Assembly (NCBI GenBank): GCA_965224725.1 | Contig: CBDCZZ010000001.1 | Coordinates: 37,613-101,612, forward strand | DNA: 64,000 bases | Reading direction: 5' to 3' | From: Woeseiaceae bacterium | Lineage (GTDB): Bacteria > Pseudomonadota > Gammaproteobacteria > Steroidobacterales > Woeseiaceae | Shown here: positions 43,001 through 53,342 of the stretch, piece after piece | Position numbering within the stretch: the stretch's first letter is position 1 | How the letters are laid out: each line of letters opens with the position of its first letter | Translations under genes and position numbers: made by a program | Notes under the pieces: model-generated | The model's database searches: none | What the model saw: only the letters and a program-made list of their open reading frames with translations | Told to the model about the DNA's origin: nothing

Positions 43001-46000
43001 ATGACTGCAAGAGCGATATGGATCGTCGTAAGCGTCGTCGCGTGGATGACGACTTTTGACTTGCACGCCGAAAGCGTTGTTGAGCAAAACTCCAACGTCA
43101 TTGGACGGACAATTCCTGGCTTCTACCGTGGCATTCCAGCCATGCAGGATAATGAGGGCAGCTGCGCGATTAACCCGATTCTGCCGCGCAACATCGTTTG
43201 CGCATGGAACGCGAGCGGCGGTTCTGATGACCTGATCGGCGATACCTGGCTGCGATTCTCAGAATCGCTCGACGGCGGCCGCACCTTTTTCAATCGTTAC
43301 CTGAACGGCAGCAACCTGGATCCGGCGACGAGTGTCGGACAGCAGTTCGGTGCCGATCCGGTCATGATGTGCTGGCCGGGCGGTTGCGGCACGGTGATGC
43401 TGGCGAGTACACGTGCCGAACAAGGCGGTACAGGCGGCGGCATCTACATTCAGTGGATGGCCGATCTGAATACCGAGTCCGGATTCCGCAAAGCACTCAA
43501 GGTCAACCTCGACCAGGTTTATAACTCTACGGGGAGCCACTTCGCCGACAAGCCGCACGCCGTCTACATGCTCGACGAAGAAAACCCGGGGACAGTGACC
43601 GTATCTTTCGATGTCGATATGCCGGATGGCTCGGTGCAGAACTTCACGCGCGAATGGCCGAAAGCCCGCATCCTGATCGTATTCGCGCTATTTAATTCGA
43701 GTAAGAACGACATCGAGATCCTGTCGATGTTCACCGACGACTACGGCGGCAGCTGGAGCAATCCGAAGCAGGTAGCAGTGACCTCGGGTCGTGATCAGGG
43801 TGTGAGCGTCGCCGCGATCGGCGACACCGTGTTTTACGGCTTCCGCCGATTTGCGAACAAGGGTGATACCGACGACATCATGGGTGTCGTGTCGCCGGAC
43901 GGCGGCGTCAAGATGGGCAAACCATTCGTTGTCGCCGAAGACGTCTGTGTCTACGATGCGCCGACGCTGCCGGCTACCGAGAACAGCCTGCTGGCCTCGG
44001 CGCGTTCCAATGATTTCCCCTGGGTCAGTCAGGATGGCTCCAGATTTGTCATGGTGTACTCCGAGCGCAGGAAGAGTTCCGATGGCGGCTGCCTGTCGAT
44101 ACCGACCGAGCCTTCCGACTCGCGTATTGTTGCAACCGTCGGTTCCCCCAATGGCAGGAACTGGAGCGCGCCGGTTGAAGTCGACCCGAATCTCGCACAC
44201 GGCTTCCAGTTCATGCCCGTCATCGACTGTTCGCTAGGCCTCTGCCAGATCGCATGGTGGGATTCACGCCGCGACAGCGCCCGCACTCGCAGCTATCTCG
44301 AAGCGCAGGGCAACGCCGCATCCGACGCTGCGCTGGCCTATTTCGAAAGCGTACCGTTCCTGGCCGACTTCCACTTCCCGTTCGGGATAGAGCCGACACC
44401 AAATCTTGGCTACCAGTTCAAACGCACGGCCGATATGTGGACGCGAAAGATTCGTCTGACGAACGGTGGATTCGAGGTTGTTGGCGATTCAACCCGGGCC
44501 TCGCGTTATCGCCGCGGCCTGTATCCCGACGGGCAGGGTGGCGTCCAGCTAGTGGAGCGGGAATTCAACCCGTTCAACGTCAAGGCTTACAAAACCAACT
44601 CTGTCCCGTTCATGAGCGACTACAGCAGTATGTCGTCTGTGAAGCATCGCTACGTGTTCGATCCGGAGAACCCTGGACAAGCGCCGTTCTGGGAAAGCAA
44701 TGCCGGGCCGAACCCGCTGGATCCGGGCGAGCTGCCGCTGTTCTGGCTGGCGTGGACGGACTCACGCAACATGCGGGGGCAGATCTACACCTACGCAATA
44801 AACGGTCGACCGCCGTACGCACGGACACCTGAACCCGGAATGATGGTCGATGCGAGTGGCAACGACCGGGAAGGTCGTGATGATGCGCGCCTGGCCGAGT
44901 CTGTCGAAGACTTTAACCCGGCAGCAGGATTCTGTGCGCCGGTCGCGAATCCGCCTGGTGCGGGCCAGATCTTTTTCGCGCTGCAAAATCGAATCAAGGA
45001 TTCGGATATTTATGGCGCGATGATCGAGAATCAGATTACCGCGCGCGCGATGAATCCGACCAAGACGCTTGGCCTTATCCAGCGCACCTACGTAGCAGTC
45101 GTCGAGAATGAAAGTGATAACGGCAAGGTGTTCCGGCTGGATATCGCGAATCAGCCAGTAGGTTTCGACGACAGCCCGAAAACGGCACGCGCGTCATGGA
45201 AGCAGCTGCCGTTTGATCCGGCCGACCCGGATTTCCAGACGGTGCCGCCGGAGGAAACCACGTTTGAAGCCGTCGGTCCTCGCTCAAGTGCATCGATCGC
45301 GCTGTTCCTCGTGTCCGACGACTCGGTGAACCCGGTGACGATAGAAGTCTACGATGTTACCGGCGACCTGGAGGGGCCGGGTGTGCTCGTGAACTCAATT
45401 ACCGTAAACGGTGCGATTGAGGCCGGTCCGTTGCTTAATGCCGACGGCACGCCGAATACCTTCGAGATTCACAACCCGTTCGTATACTCGCCTGATTACG
45501 ACAATCCGGATCATTACAACCCGGGGCATTACACGTTCGACCAGGCCAACCCGGACCAGTTTAATCCGGACCAGTACAACCCGGATCAGTTTAATCCTGA
45601 TCTCTTTAACCCGGACTTGTTCAATCCCGATCAGTTCAACCCCGATCAGTTCAACCCGGACCAGTTCAATCCGGATCAATACAACCCCGATCAGTTTAAT
45701 CCGGACCAGTTCAATCCCGATCTGTTTAACCCGGATCAATTCAATCCGGATCAGTTCAACCCGGACCAGTTCAATCCTGACCAGTTCAACGTGGTGTTGT
45801 CTGACTCGGATGACCTGCATAACCCGGAGATTCCTGATCCGGACCTGACCAATGTAGTTCGTGATCCTGGCGGTCTCGTTTCTAAGGTCGACGTTAATTT
45901 CGGCCTGCAGAACATCGGCAACACACTGACGCCATACACGGTCGACTTCGCGTTGTCAGATCCAGAGGTCCTGGAGCTTATCCAGAGCGGCGCAATAGCG

Positions 46001-47743
46001 GTGCAGCTGATCGCGTGGCAAAACAAGCAGATCGATGACGTGCAGTATTGCGCGCCACGCATCGTCACCGAGAACCGTGTGATCTCGGCCGAAAATAATT
46101 TCGACCTGACCGAGCTGACAGTACCGAATATCCTCGATAACCGTGCTGGTGCTCTGACGTACTTTGTTGCCCCGGGCGATATCCTGCAGAACACGATTCG
46201 GTTCATAGGACCGATCGACCTGATCCGCTTCGTCGAAGGAAGGCTGCGCAACGACATCATCTCTTACGTCTTTACCGCGATGACCGCAAACACAGGCGAA
46301 ATTGAACTGATGGATGAGCGCGAGCAGATCATCAACGACCGCATTCCGGCCGCATTCAATTTCGTGACAGGAGACTCGCGTACGCTCGAGGCCAATATGC
46401 CGGGCGGCGCGCTGTTACCTGAGAATTTCGTGACCGCCGTGAAGAACGGTGAGGCTGTTCCTGTCAGCTGCTCGCCGGCACTCGGTTCGACCATTCCGCT
46501 CGATATCCTGAACTCGAATGCTCCAACAGCGCTCAGTTGTTCGGCGACGACGGGTAATGGAGTGACGTCTACTATCGACTTGTCGATCAGCGTTGTCGAT
46601 ACCGAGGCACCCGTCATTTTCCCAGGCAGCGTGCCTGCAGACATTACGGTTGAGGCCGAGTCGCCGGATGGCACCGTAGTGACTTTCGACTTGCCAACGG
46701 CGGATGACGTGTTCGGCGTGGACCAGGATCCGGTGGTGGCCTGTACGCCCGCATCAGGATCCCTGTTCGGTTTCATGTCGCCAGGGCCGACGACGACAGC
46801 CGTGAATTGCACTGCAACCGACGCAAGCGGCAATGAGTCTGACCCCGAGTCGTTTGCGGTAACGGTGGAGGACAACTTGCCGCCAGTCTTCGAAGACGAC
46901 ATTCCGTTTGATCCGCCAGCGCCGCCGCCACCTTACGAGCTTGAAGCTGACGAAAGCACCTTCTTCCTGACCTGGGGCCCGTTCGGTGTCAGTGACGCCG
47001 ACTCAGCGCCCGATGTGCAGTGTTCGCCCGGCACGCGCGATTCAAGCGTGCAGCCGCCGATGTACAAGTTCTTCCACAACTTCCCGCCGGGCCAGACGAC
47101 AGTTACGTGTACCGCGACCGACGACAACGGTTTGATCGCGACGATCTCGTTCCAGGTGAATGTCTTCGACGTAACACCGCCCGTAATTACTCTGATCGGC
47201 GACGAGACGATTACCGTCGCGATGGGTTCCGGCCCGTACACGGACCCGGGTGCTACCGCGATCGACAACAACGATCCGGATGTGCCGGTCGATATTGATA
47301 TCGATTCAAGCGAGGTGGATACGACGCAGGACGGCACCTATACCGTGACTGTCACGGCAACCGATCCGAGTGGCAACACGAGCACCGCAACGCGTACCGT
47401 CATTGTCGAGTTCCGCTACGGCGGGCTTGGCATTATCGCCAACAAGCTCAACGTCAAGATGGGCAGCTCCAACCAGCTTGCATGGGCATGGACCGACATG
47501 GACGGCAACCCGGTCGATACGTCCGCCGACACTCAGTTCCTGCGTATAGAGAACTGTGCGACAGGCGCTCTGATCATCAATCCGGCGGGCGACCCGGGTG
47601 CCAGCGGTTTCCGCTTCAAGGTCGATAACTGGTGGAACTTCAACTGGGATTCGATGGCGCCGACGGGCGAGAGCTACTGTGCCTACGTGGTCAATGGCCG
47701 CACCGGTCAGGAGTTGAGTTCGCCGCCGATCAGGGTGCGTTAA
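43001..47743 (+). CDS. Giant secreted/surface protein: BNR (Asp-box) propeller-like N-terminus, NPDQF repeat linker, HYR-like and Ig-like (DUF5011-like) C-terminal modules
   Basis: Signal peptide. Asp-box motifs SLDGGRTF and DDYGGSW. 16 pentapeptide repeats. DTEAPVIFPG...VNCTATDASGNES (HYR-like) and DVTPPVITLIGDETITV...TVTATDPSGNTSTATRTVIV (Ig-like). Confidence 0.85.
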   Translation: MTARAIWIVVSVVAWMTTFDLHAESVVEQNSNVIGRTIPGFYRGIPAMQDNEGSCAINPILPRNIVCAWNASGGSDDLIGDTWLRFSESLDGGRTFFNRYLNGSNLDPATSVGQQFGADPVMMCWPGGCGTVMLASTRAEQGGTGGGIYIQWMADLNTESGFRKALKVNLDQVYNSTGSHFADKPHAVYMLDEENPGTVTVSFDVDMPDGSVQNFTREWPKARILIVFALFNSSKNDIEILSMFTDDYGGSWSNPKQVAVTSGRDQGVSVAAIGDTVFYGFRRFANKGDTDDIMGVVSPDGGVKMGKPFVVAEDVCVYDAPTLPATENSLLASARSNDFPWVSQDGSRFVMVYSERRKSSDGGCLSIPTEPSDSRIVATVGSPNGRNWSAPVEVDPNLAHGFQFMPVIDCSLGLCQIAWWDSRRDSARTRSYLEAQGNAASDAALAYFESVPFLADFHFPFGIEPTPNLGYQFKRTADMWTRKIRLTNGGFEVVGDSTRASRYRRGLYPDGQGGVQLVEREFNPFNVKAYKTNSVPFMSDYSSMSSVKHRYVFDPENPGQAPFWESNAGPNPLDPGELPLFWLAWTDSRNMRGQIYTYAINGRPPYARTPEPGMMVDASGNDREGRDDARLAESVEDFNPAAGFCAPVANPPGAGQIFFALQNRIKDSDIYGAMIENQITARAMNPTKTLGLIQRTYVAVVENESDNGKVFRLDIANQPVGFDDSPKTARASWKQLPFDPADPDFQTVPPEETTFEAVGPRSSASIALFLVSDDSVNPVTIEVYDVTGDLEGPGVLVNSITVNGAIEAGPLLNADGTPNTFEIHNPFVYSPDYDNPDHYNPGHYTFDQANPDQFNPDQYNPDQFNPDLFNPDLFNPDQFNPDQFNPDQFNPDQYNPDQFNPDQFNPDLFNPDQFNPDQFNPDQFNPDQFNVVLSDSDDLHNPEIPDPDLTNVVRDPGGLVSKVDVNFGLQNIGNTLTPYTVDFALSDPEVLELIQSGAIAVQLIAWQNKQIDDVQYCAPRIVTENRVISAENNFDLTELTVPNILDNRAGALTYFVAPGDILQNTIRFIGPIDLIRFVEGRLRNDIISYVFTAMTANTGEIELMDEREQIINDRIPAAFNFVTGDSRTLEANMPGGALLPENFVTAVKNGEAVPVSCSPALGSTIPLDILNSNAPTALSCSATTGNGVTSTIDLSISVVDTEAPVIFPGSVPADITVEAESPDGTVVTFDLPTADDVFGVDQDPVVACTPASGSLFGFMSPGPTTTAVNCTATDASGNESDPESFAVTVEDNLPPVFEDDIPFDPPAPPPPYELEADESTFFLTWGPFGVSDADSAPDVQCSPGTRDSSVQPPMYKFFHNFPPGQTTVTCTATDDNGLIATISFQVNVFDVTPPVITLIGDETITVAMGSGPYTDPGATAIDNNDPDVPVDIDIDSSEVDTTQDGTYTVTVTATDPSGNTSTATRTVIVEFRYGGLGIIANKLNVKMGSSNQLAWAWTDMDGNPVDTSADTQFLRIENCATGALIINPAGDPGASGFRFKVDNWWNFNWDSMAPTGESYCAYVVNGRTGQELSSPPIRVR
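45503..45787 (+). repeat. 15-bp in-frame tandem repeat encoding NPD[QL][FY] x16 (plus 2 degenerate units upstream)
   Basis: 16 contiguous units from 45548 to 45787. Codons vary synonymously (aac/aat, ccg/ccc/cct, gac/gat, cag/caa, ttc/ttt) while the peptide is conserved. Confidence 0.9.
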
Positions 47744-47746
47744 CCG

Positions 47747-49909
47747 CTACTGCAGGCGTCGCCTTGCATCCTCTGCCAGCACGTCGCCATCCGGGCGGCG
47801 TGCTGCAAACTCGGTGTAGTTCTTTTTCGCATCTTCGTTCATGCCGAGTTCCTGCTGTGCTCGCCCGAGCCAGTAAGGCAGGGTCGCCATGTAACGGTAG
47901 GTCGGCAGGTCGTCGAGGAATACAGCGCTGGCCTCACCGCGACGTTCGTAACAGGCCGTGAACTCATCCAGTGCCTCGGCGCTGTACCCGGCTTCCATGT
48001 ATGCGATGCCGCGGTAGAAACGCAGCAGCCAGAGATCGGCAAGTTCGATGCCGGCCGAAATTGATTCGACGGCCGTAATCGAATCCTGCGCGGCGAGCGC
48101 AAGCAGTCCCTCGATCAACGCCGCGTAGGCGCGATTCTGCGGCTGCAACTGCTGCTTGAGTTTGTCGGCGATGACCTGCGCCGAGTCGCGCTCGCCGATG
48201 GTCAGGTAGATAAGGGCCGCAGGAACTTCTCGCGAGAGTCCGCCCGAAATCCCGAGCGTGTCGACGAGCGCGCTCGAGATGTCCGCGTTCTCGTCGTTCT
48301 CGAGCAGCATCGATTCGACCAGGCCGATATGCATGGTCGCGAGATAGTACTGGCTGCCGGCCGCTTCCGCCGACGTAACGCCAGTCTTGAACACGTTTTT
48401 CGAGCCCGCGTAATCGCCGGCATAGATTGCGGCATCGGCAAGACCCAGCAACGCTGTCATCTCGCCACGCGCACCGGCCGGCTTCATGGCTTCATACGCT
48501 GCACGTGCCGCTTCAATATCACCATCCGAGAGTGCCTTGACGGCAACCGGCAGCCACGCCTTGAAGTAGGTCGGGTCGAGTTCGCGCACTTTCTCTGCTT
48601 CGGCGACCGCGGTCTCGAAGTCTGTCGCATACATGGCATACAGCGCATAATTGGAGCGGCCCATGACGCTGCTCGGGTAGATGTCGAGCAGCACCGCACC
48701 CTGGCGCAGCGCACTCTTGAAATCGAGGGTGTAGAAATACTGCACGGCCAGACCGTTGTGCGCCGTGTCATCCGCCGGGTACTTCTGCACGAGTTCCTCG
48801 TAGGTCTCGATAGCCTTCTCGAAGTTGCGCGTGACGATCGAATAGTAGAGCCCCAGTGTGCGCAGGCGTTCGCGCTCGGTCATTGAGCCGAGATTCTCGA
48901 GCGCTTTTTTCCAGTGTGCGTCGGCCTGCTCGGTGCGGCCCAGAGCGTTCGCACTCAGGGCAAGGCCGGACCAGGCGCGCCCGAAGTCAGGGTCGTGCTC
49001 GAGCGCCTGCTCGTAATGCCGCATTGCCTCATCGTACTTGCCGTTGTACTGCAGCGACTGTGCCCTGGCATACGCCTGTGCGGCCTCGAGATTTTTCGCG
49101 GTGAACGTCTCCGAGGTAACGAGTTTCTCGCGATCGAGATCTTCGCCACCAAGCTCTTCACGAAGATCGCCGGACAATGTGCCGACGGCGGTCAGTACGT
49201 CCTGCTTGTTGTCTGCGTCGACCTCTACGCTGGTAAATACTTCGCCACCTTTCGGGTCGATCGCACGCACGAACAACGTGTATTCTCCGTCGTCTTCTAC
49301 GATTGAGCCTGCCATGACGAGCTTGATGCCTTCACGCACGGCGATAAGGCGTGCGGTTTCTTCACTAAGTGAATCGCTGCTTTCATCCAGCGTAGCTGCC
49401 AGTCGCTTCGCAGAGTCGCGTCGATACCCTGCAATGTAGGGCGCACTTTCAATACCGATCTGTAACGCCTGTTCGAGCGTACCGTCGAACAGTGCATCAC
49501 CGGTCTGGTTGTCGAAGTCCGCAATGAGGATGGAGATTGGTGAAATCGTTGTCGGGTCGACCTCGACGTCGTCCTGCACGTTCATGTACACGGAGAAGAT
49601 CAGTGCGACCGTCAGCAGGCCGATGACGATGAAGTCCATCTTTCGGCCACCAAACGGGATGACCGTGGTATCCGTCGGGTCGCCCTGGACCTCGATGCCT
49701 TCGTCGGTGATGTCGTAAACCCAGGCAAGGACGATCGTGACAGGCAGGCCGACGATGGCGGCGATTATGAGTGCACGCAGGACCCATTCGGGCGCTTCAA
49801 AGGCGGGGAGCAGGACGCTCGCACCCTCAATCAGGATCCACGAAATGCCGACGTACAGACCTGCTGTACGGAACACCTCGCGTCTTCGTAATTCCCTGAT
49901 GAGCTTCAT
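47747..49909 (-). CDS. Membrane-anchored TPR sensor protein (paralog of the gene at 1-1053)
   Basis: MKLIRELRRREVFRTAGLYVGISWILIE...LAWVYDITDEG anchor, then an alpha/beta module and many TPRs. Start moved to ATG 49909. Confidence 0.8.
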   Translation of the reverse strand: MKLIRELRRREVFRTAGLYVGISWILIEGASVLLPAFEAPEWVLRALIIAAIVGLPVTIVLAWVYDITDEGIEVQGDPTDTTVIPFGGRKMDFIVIGLLTVALIFSVYMNVQDDVEVDPTTISPISILIADFDNQTGDALFDGTLEQALQIGIESAPYIAGYRRDSAKRLAATLDESSDSLSEETARLIAVREGIKLVMAGSIVEDDGEYTLFVRAIDPKGGEVFTSVEVDADNKQDVLTAVGTLSGDLREELGGEDLDREKLVTSETFTAKNLEAAQAYARAQSLQYNGKYDEAMRHYEQALEHDPDFGRAWSGLALSANALGRTEQADAHWKKALENLGSMTERERLRTLGLYYSIVTRNFEKAIETYEELVQKYPADDTAHNGLAVQYFYTLDFKSALRQGAVLLDIYPSSVMGRSNYALYAMYATDFETAVAEAEKVRELDPTYFKAWLPVAVKALSDGDIEAARAAYEAMKPAGARGEMTALLGLADAAIYAGDYAGSKNVFKTGVTSAEAAGSQYYLATMHIGLVESMLLENDENADISSALVDTLGISGGLSREVPAALIYLTIGERDSAQVIADKLKQQLQPQNRAYAALIEGLLALAAQDSITAVESISAGIELADLWLLRFYRGIAYMEAGYSAEALDEFTACYERRGEASAVFLDDLPTYRYMATLPYWLGRAQQELGMNEDAKKNYTEFAARRPDGDVLAEDARRRLQ

Positions 49910-49978
49910 GGCGTTCGAACGCACCTCGTGCAAATGAACGACTTGCAGGCTGGCGAGTTTAGCACGCCAAACAAGGAC

Positions 49979-51169
49979 TTATGATGACATTTCGCGCGTG
50001 CGGCGGGACCAGTTCACTTCATTTCCGGGCGCCGGACGGAACGGAATGTTCTGGGTAAGAATCAGCGAACACAGCGCGAACCCGGTGCCGACAAGGAATA
50101 CTGCGGAGTGCGAGACGACCCAGACGAGTCCTAGTGCGGCAGGTACGACAATCGCGGCGATATGGTTGATCGTAAATGTCACGCCGGCGCTGCTCGCTAT
50201 GTCCTCGGGATCCGCGATCTTCTGGAAGTAGGTGTTCATGGCGATCGCCAGGGCGAAGAACATGTGGTCGATGACATACAGCGCGGCGGCGACATACGCG
50301 TTGCTTACAAATGCGTATGCCGTGAACACGATGACGAGACCGACATACTCAATCGTGAGTGCGCGACGTTCGCCGATGCGCCCAATCAGTTGGCCGATAC
50401 GTTCGGCGAACAACCAGTTAAACGCGTAGTTGATCAGGAACAGCATCGTCACCTGTGCGGCCGAGTAGCCGAATTTCTCGACCATCAGGAAGCCGGCAAA
50501 CACCATAAAGATCTGCCGGCGTGCGCCCGAAAAGAACTGCAGCGCGTAGTAGAGCCAGTAGCGCCTGCGAAGAATGATGCCGCGTGTCTGTTCGTGCTCG
50601 GCTTCAAAGTGCGGGAATCCAAGCCACATGAATACCGCGAGGACACAGCAAATGCCTCCCGCGAGCAGGAACAGCCAGACGTAGTCGAGTTCGAAGACCT
50701 GCAACAGCACCCACAGCACCGCATACGCCGTGAGCGACGTGATTGCGCCAACGGATATCAGTTTGCCGAGACGCTGTGGCGCGACACTCTGGTCGTACCA
50801 TTGCAGGGCCAGCGACTGTTTGACGACTTCGAAGTAGTGAAAGCCGATCGACATCAGTACCGTGGTCAGGTACAGGCCGAGCGCGTACGGAAAGAAACCG
50901 GTCAGGGCGACACCGATGCCCAGCAGCGCAAGTGCGACCACGGCAAACGTCTGTTCCCTGAGGACCAGCAGTACAAACACAGTAGTGAAGGCGAGGAAGC
51001 CGGGAACCTCGCGCAGGCTCTGCAGGATGCCGATCTCGACACCGGTGAAGTTAGCGCGCTCGACAACAAAATTATTCAGCAGCGCGGTCCAGACATGGAA
51101 CGCGATGGGCATCGCGACCGACATCAGGATGAGTAGCGTGTGTCTGCGTTGCCACGGGCGATTCGTCAT
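49979..51169 (-). CDS. MFS-type transporter
   Basis: 396 aa with about 12 hydrophobic helices. Confidence 0.8.
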   Translation of the reverse strand: MTNRPWQRRHTLLILMSVAMPIAFHVWTALLNNFVVERANFTGVEIGILQSLREVPGFLAFTTVFVLLVLREQTFAVVALALLGIGVALTGFFPYALGLYLTTVLMSIGFHYFEVVKQSLALQWYDQSVAPQRLGKLISVGAITSLTAYAVLWVLLQVFELDYVWLFLLAGGICCVLAVFMWLGFPHFEAEHEQTRGIILRRRYWLYYALQFFSGARRQIFMVFAGFLMVEKFGYSAAQVTMLFLINYAFNWLFAERIGQLIGRIGERRALTIEYVGLVIVFTAYAFVSNAYVAAALYVIDHMFFALAIAMNTYFQKIADPEDIASSAGVTFTINHIAAIVVPAALGLVWVVSHSAVFLVGTGFALCSLILTQNIPFRPAPGNEVNWSRRTREMSS

Positions 51170-51186
51170 CGGCGCAGCTTAAAGCA

Positions 51187-53253
51187 TTACCTCGAAGTGC
51201 GCAGCTCAATAAAATACTCGCGCGCCCGACCAGGCAGGTAGCGATAGTCGCCGTTCGCGAAAACGGCACGATCAGCGAAGCGTCGATCGAACACATTGCC
51301 GACACGAAAAGCGATTTCGAACTTCGGATGGCGGCGAAAAATGGCCCTGAAATTCGCGATCGCATGGCCGTCGTACCGAAACCTGTTCTCCGGGTCCAGG
51401 TAGTAGCTGCCAACAAATTGCCACTGTAGTCCCAGTGTCAGCAATTTCGATGCCTCAAGGTTCGCTCCCAAACTGCCGAGCCACCGTGGCGCAGTTGCTA
51501 TGTCGTTTCCGGATACGATTAGCTGGCTGCCAGATGTGGAGTCGAAGTCGTAGGTATGCTGCGCGTAGCTCGCGTTCACATCAATCTGCAGGTTCGCGAG
51601 TGCAAGGAACGATAGATCCATCTCGATTCCGGAATGCCTGCTACGTGCGCCGCTCACATTGAAGCCGTCGGAGTCGCGGAATGTGCCATTTCGCTTCCGC
51701 ATCGCGAAGATCGCAATGTCGGCGTTCCAGCTTTCCGAATTGTTGCGATAACCGAATTCGGCGCTGTCGCCGGTCTCTGGTTTGAGGTCGGCGAGATCTT
51801 GTCCATTCTGCAGACGATAAAGTTCGAGGGACTGGGGGATCCTGGAACCGCGGGCCAGGGTGGCATAGACGCTGGCATTGTCGCGAAGTCGCCAGACAGC
51901 CGAGAAGTTGGGGACCAGCGTCGTGTAATGATTGCTGCGGCTGGCTGGTCGTGTGTAAAGACAACCGCCGAAGTCGCACGGCGAACCATCGTCGCGGGTA
52001 TTTCCCGTGAGCATCCTGTTGCGGTAGTTATGGTGTGCGTATTCGGCGCGAACACCGGCATGTAGAGAAACAGCATCGCCAACTTCGAAGCTGCCCTGCA
52101 AGAACAGTGCAGCACTGCTGCTTTGTACTGCGTAATCGTAGTGAGCGCCGACGGGTCGAATGGCTACCTGCCGAGGACGTCCTGTTGCAGCTTGTTCCTG
52201 TACCTGGTTCAGGAACGCGTCGCTCCATTCGAGATCGAGGCCCGTCGCGAGCAGCGAACCGCGACTGGAAAATGTCAGCGTGGCAAGTACACCGGCGCTG
52301 GTCTGGCCGTTTCTTTCAACAGGCTGCCCGGGAATAGAGTGGTGCGTGAACGTCATTCGCGATCGCCGAAGAAAGGGGCGTACATCAAACTCGGCTTCTT
52401 TCCAGGTGCCGGTCCAGCGGCCTGTTATGCGAGTGGCGTCCGCGTGCCGGAAGGCTCCCGGAGTTGGATTGCTGCGGCTGAGTGAACGATCCTTGTAGGC
52501 GTCCAGACCGCCAATGAATCCTGCGCTTTCCTGACGCAATGATGTTGTCGTGATTGTAAACCGGAATTCCCCGTCTTCGGTTTTCCAGCGGCGGCCGGCG
52601 TGAAGCTTGGCCTGTTCATACCCGGACATTTCCCGGTGGCCCCCGTCCCTGCCAAGGGTGGCACCCGCCAACCAGTCAGCATCCTCAAACGGAAGGCTTG
52701 CCCGCAGCCTGACGAAATTGCCGGAGCCGATTTCGATTCCCGCCGCCCCGATGTTGTCTCCGGGAACCGGCATTACGACGTTAACTATCCCGTGCAGTGC
52801 ATTGGAGCCGTGAAACGCTGTTGCCGGTCCGCGAACGACTTCGATGGAGCGCGCCTGTTCGGCATGTAGTTCGATGAGCTGATTGATATTGCAGAAACTT
52901 GCAGGACGCGTCGGGACGCCGTCTTCCAGAATCAGGAATCCGCCGCATGCGCCGCCGCCACCCAGAACTGGCGAGCGAATGGCGGCCTGGTGATCCTGCC
53001 CGCTGCCGCGCACTATCCAGATGCCGGGAACCTGGTGCAGCAGCTCTCCTATATGCCTGTGCTGCATCGACATAATGCTTTCCGTACCCAGTACGGCAAT
53101 ATTCCCGGGGTGCACGAGTTTCTGTTGCGGGCGTCGTTCACTTGTGACGACGAGTTCCTCAAGTTCTTCGCTGGCCGCGGTTGTCGGACACAGAGAGATC
53201 ATCAACAAGCTGCTGACGGTCCACAACAGATGCGGGTACGGGCGGCGCTGCAA
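51187..53253 (-). CDS. TonB-dependent outer-membrane receptor
   Basis: Start set at TTG 53253, giving the signal peptide (M)QRRPYPHLLWTVSSLLMISLCPTTAA. TonB-box/plug EELVVTSER...IEVVRGPATAFHGSNALHGIVNVV, then a long beta-barrel. Confidence 0.85.
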   Translation of the reverse strand: MQRRPYPHLLWTVSSLLMISLCPTTAASEELEELVVTSERRPQQKLVHPGNIAVLGTESIMSMQHRHIGELLHQVPGIWIVRGSGQDHQAAIRSPVLGGGGACGGFLILEDGVPTRPASFCNINQLIELHAEQARSIEVVRGPATAFHGSNALHGIVNVVMPVPGDNIGAAGIEIGSGNFVRLRASLPFEDADWLAGATLGRDGGHREMSGYEQAKLHAGRRWKTEDGEFRFTITTTSLRQESAGFIGGLDAYKDRSLSRSNPTPGAFRHADATRITGRWTGTWKEAEFDVRPFLRRSRMTFTHHSIPGQPVERNGQTSAGVLATLTFSSRGSLLATGLDLEWSDAFLNQVQEQAATGRPRQVAIRPVGAHYDYAVQSSSAALFLQGSFEVGDAVSLHAGVRAEYAHHNYRNRMLTGNTRDDGSPCDFGGCLYTRPASRSNHYTTLVPNFSAVWRLRDNASVYATLARGSRIPQSLELYRLQNGQDLADLKPETGDSAEFGYRNNSESWNADIAIFAMRKRNGTFRDSDGFNVSGARSRHSGIEMDLSFLALANLQIDVNASYAQHTYDFDSTSGSQLIVSGNDIATAPRWLGSLGANLEASKLLTLGLQWQFVGSYYLDPENRFRYDGHAIANFRAIFRRHPKFEIAFRVGNVFDRRFADRAVFANGDYRYLPGRAREYFIELRTSR

Positions 53254-53342
53254 TTCCAAATCCTGACCTTTTGCTACATTTTTAGGATTACAATAGCAGG
53301 CGGGACAAAGAATGCCCGGTTCTTGCAAATGGGGGGTCAATA

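Noticed and set aside
45503-45787. Regularly spaced 15-bp direct repeats considered as a possible CRISPR array or VNTR.
   Set aside because: The repeats are contiguous with no spacers and in frame inside a long CDS. They encode a conserved pentapeptide, so they are reported as a coding tandem repeat instead.
50162-51136. 324-aa plus-strand ORF antisense to the MFS transporter. Similar shadow ORFs occur at 9822-10658 minus, 12211-12834 minus, 18594-19334 plus, 35238-35975 minus and 48329-48886 plus.
   Set aside because: All lie opposite genes with clear family motifs, lack SD sequences and have Arg/His/Asp-biased composition typical of antisense frames in GC-rich DNA.
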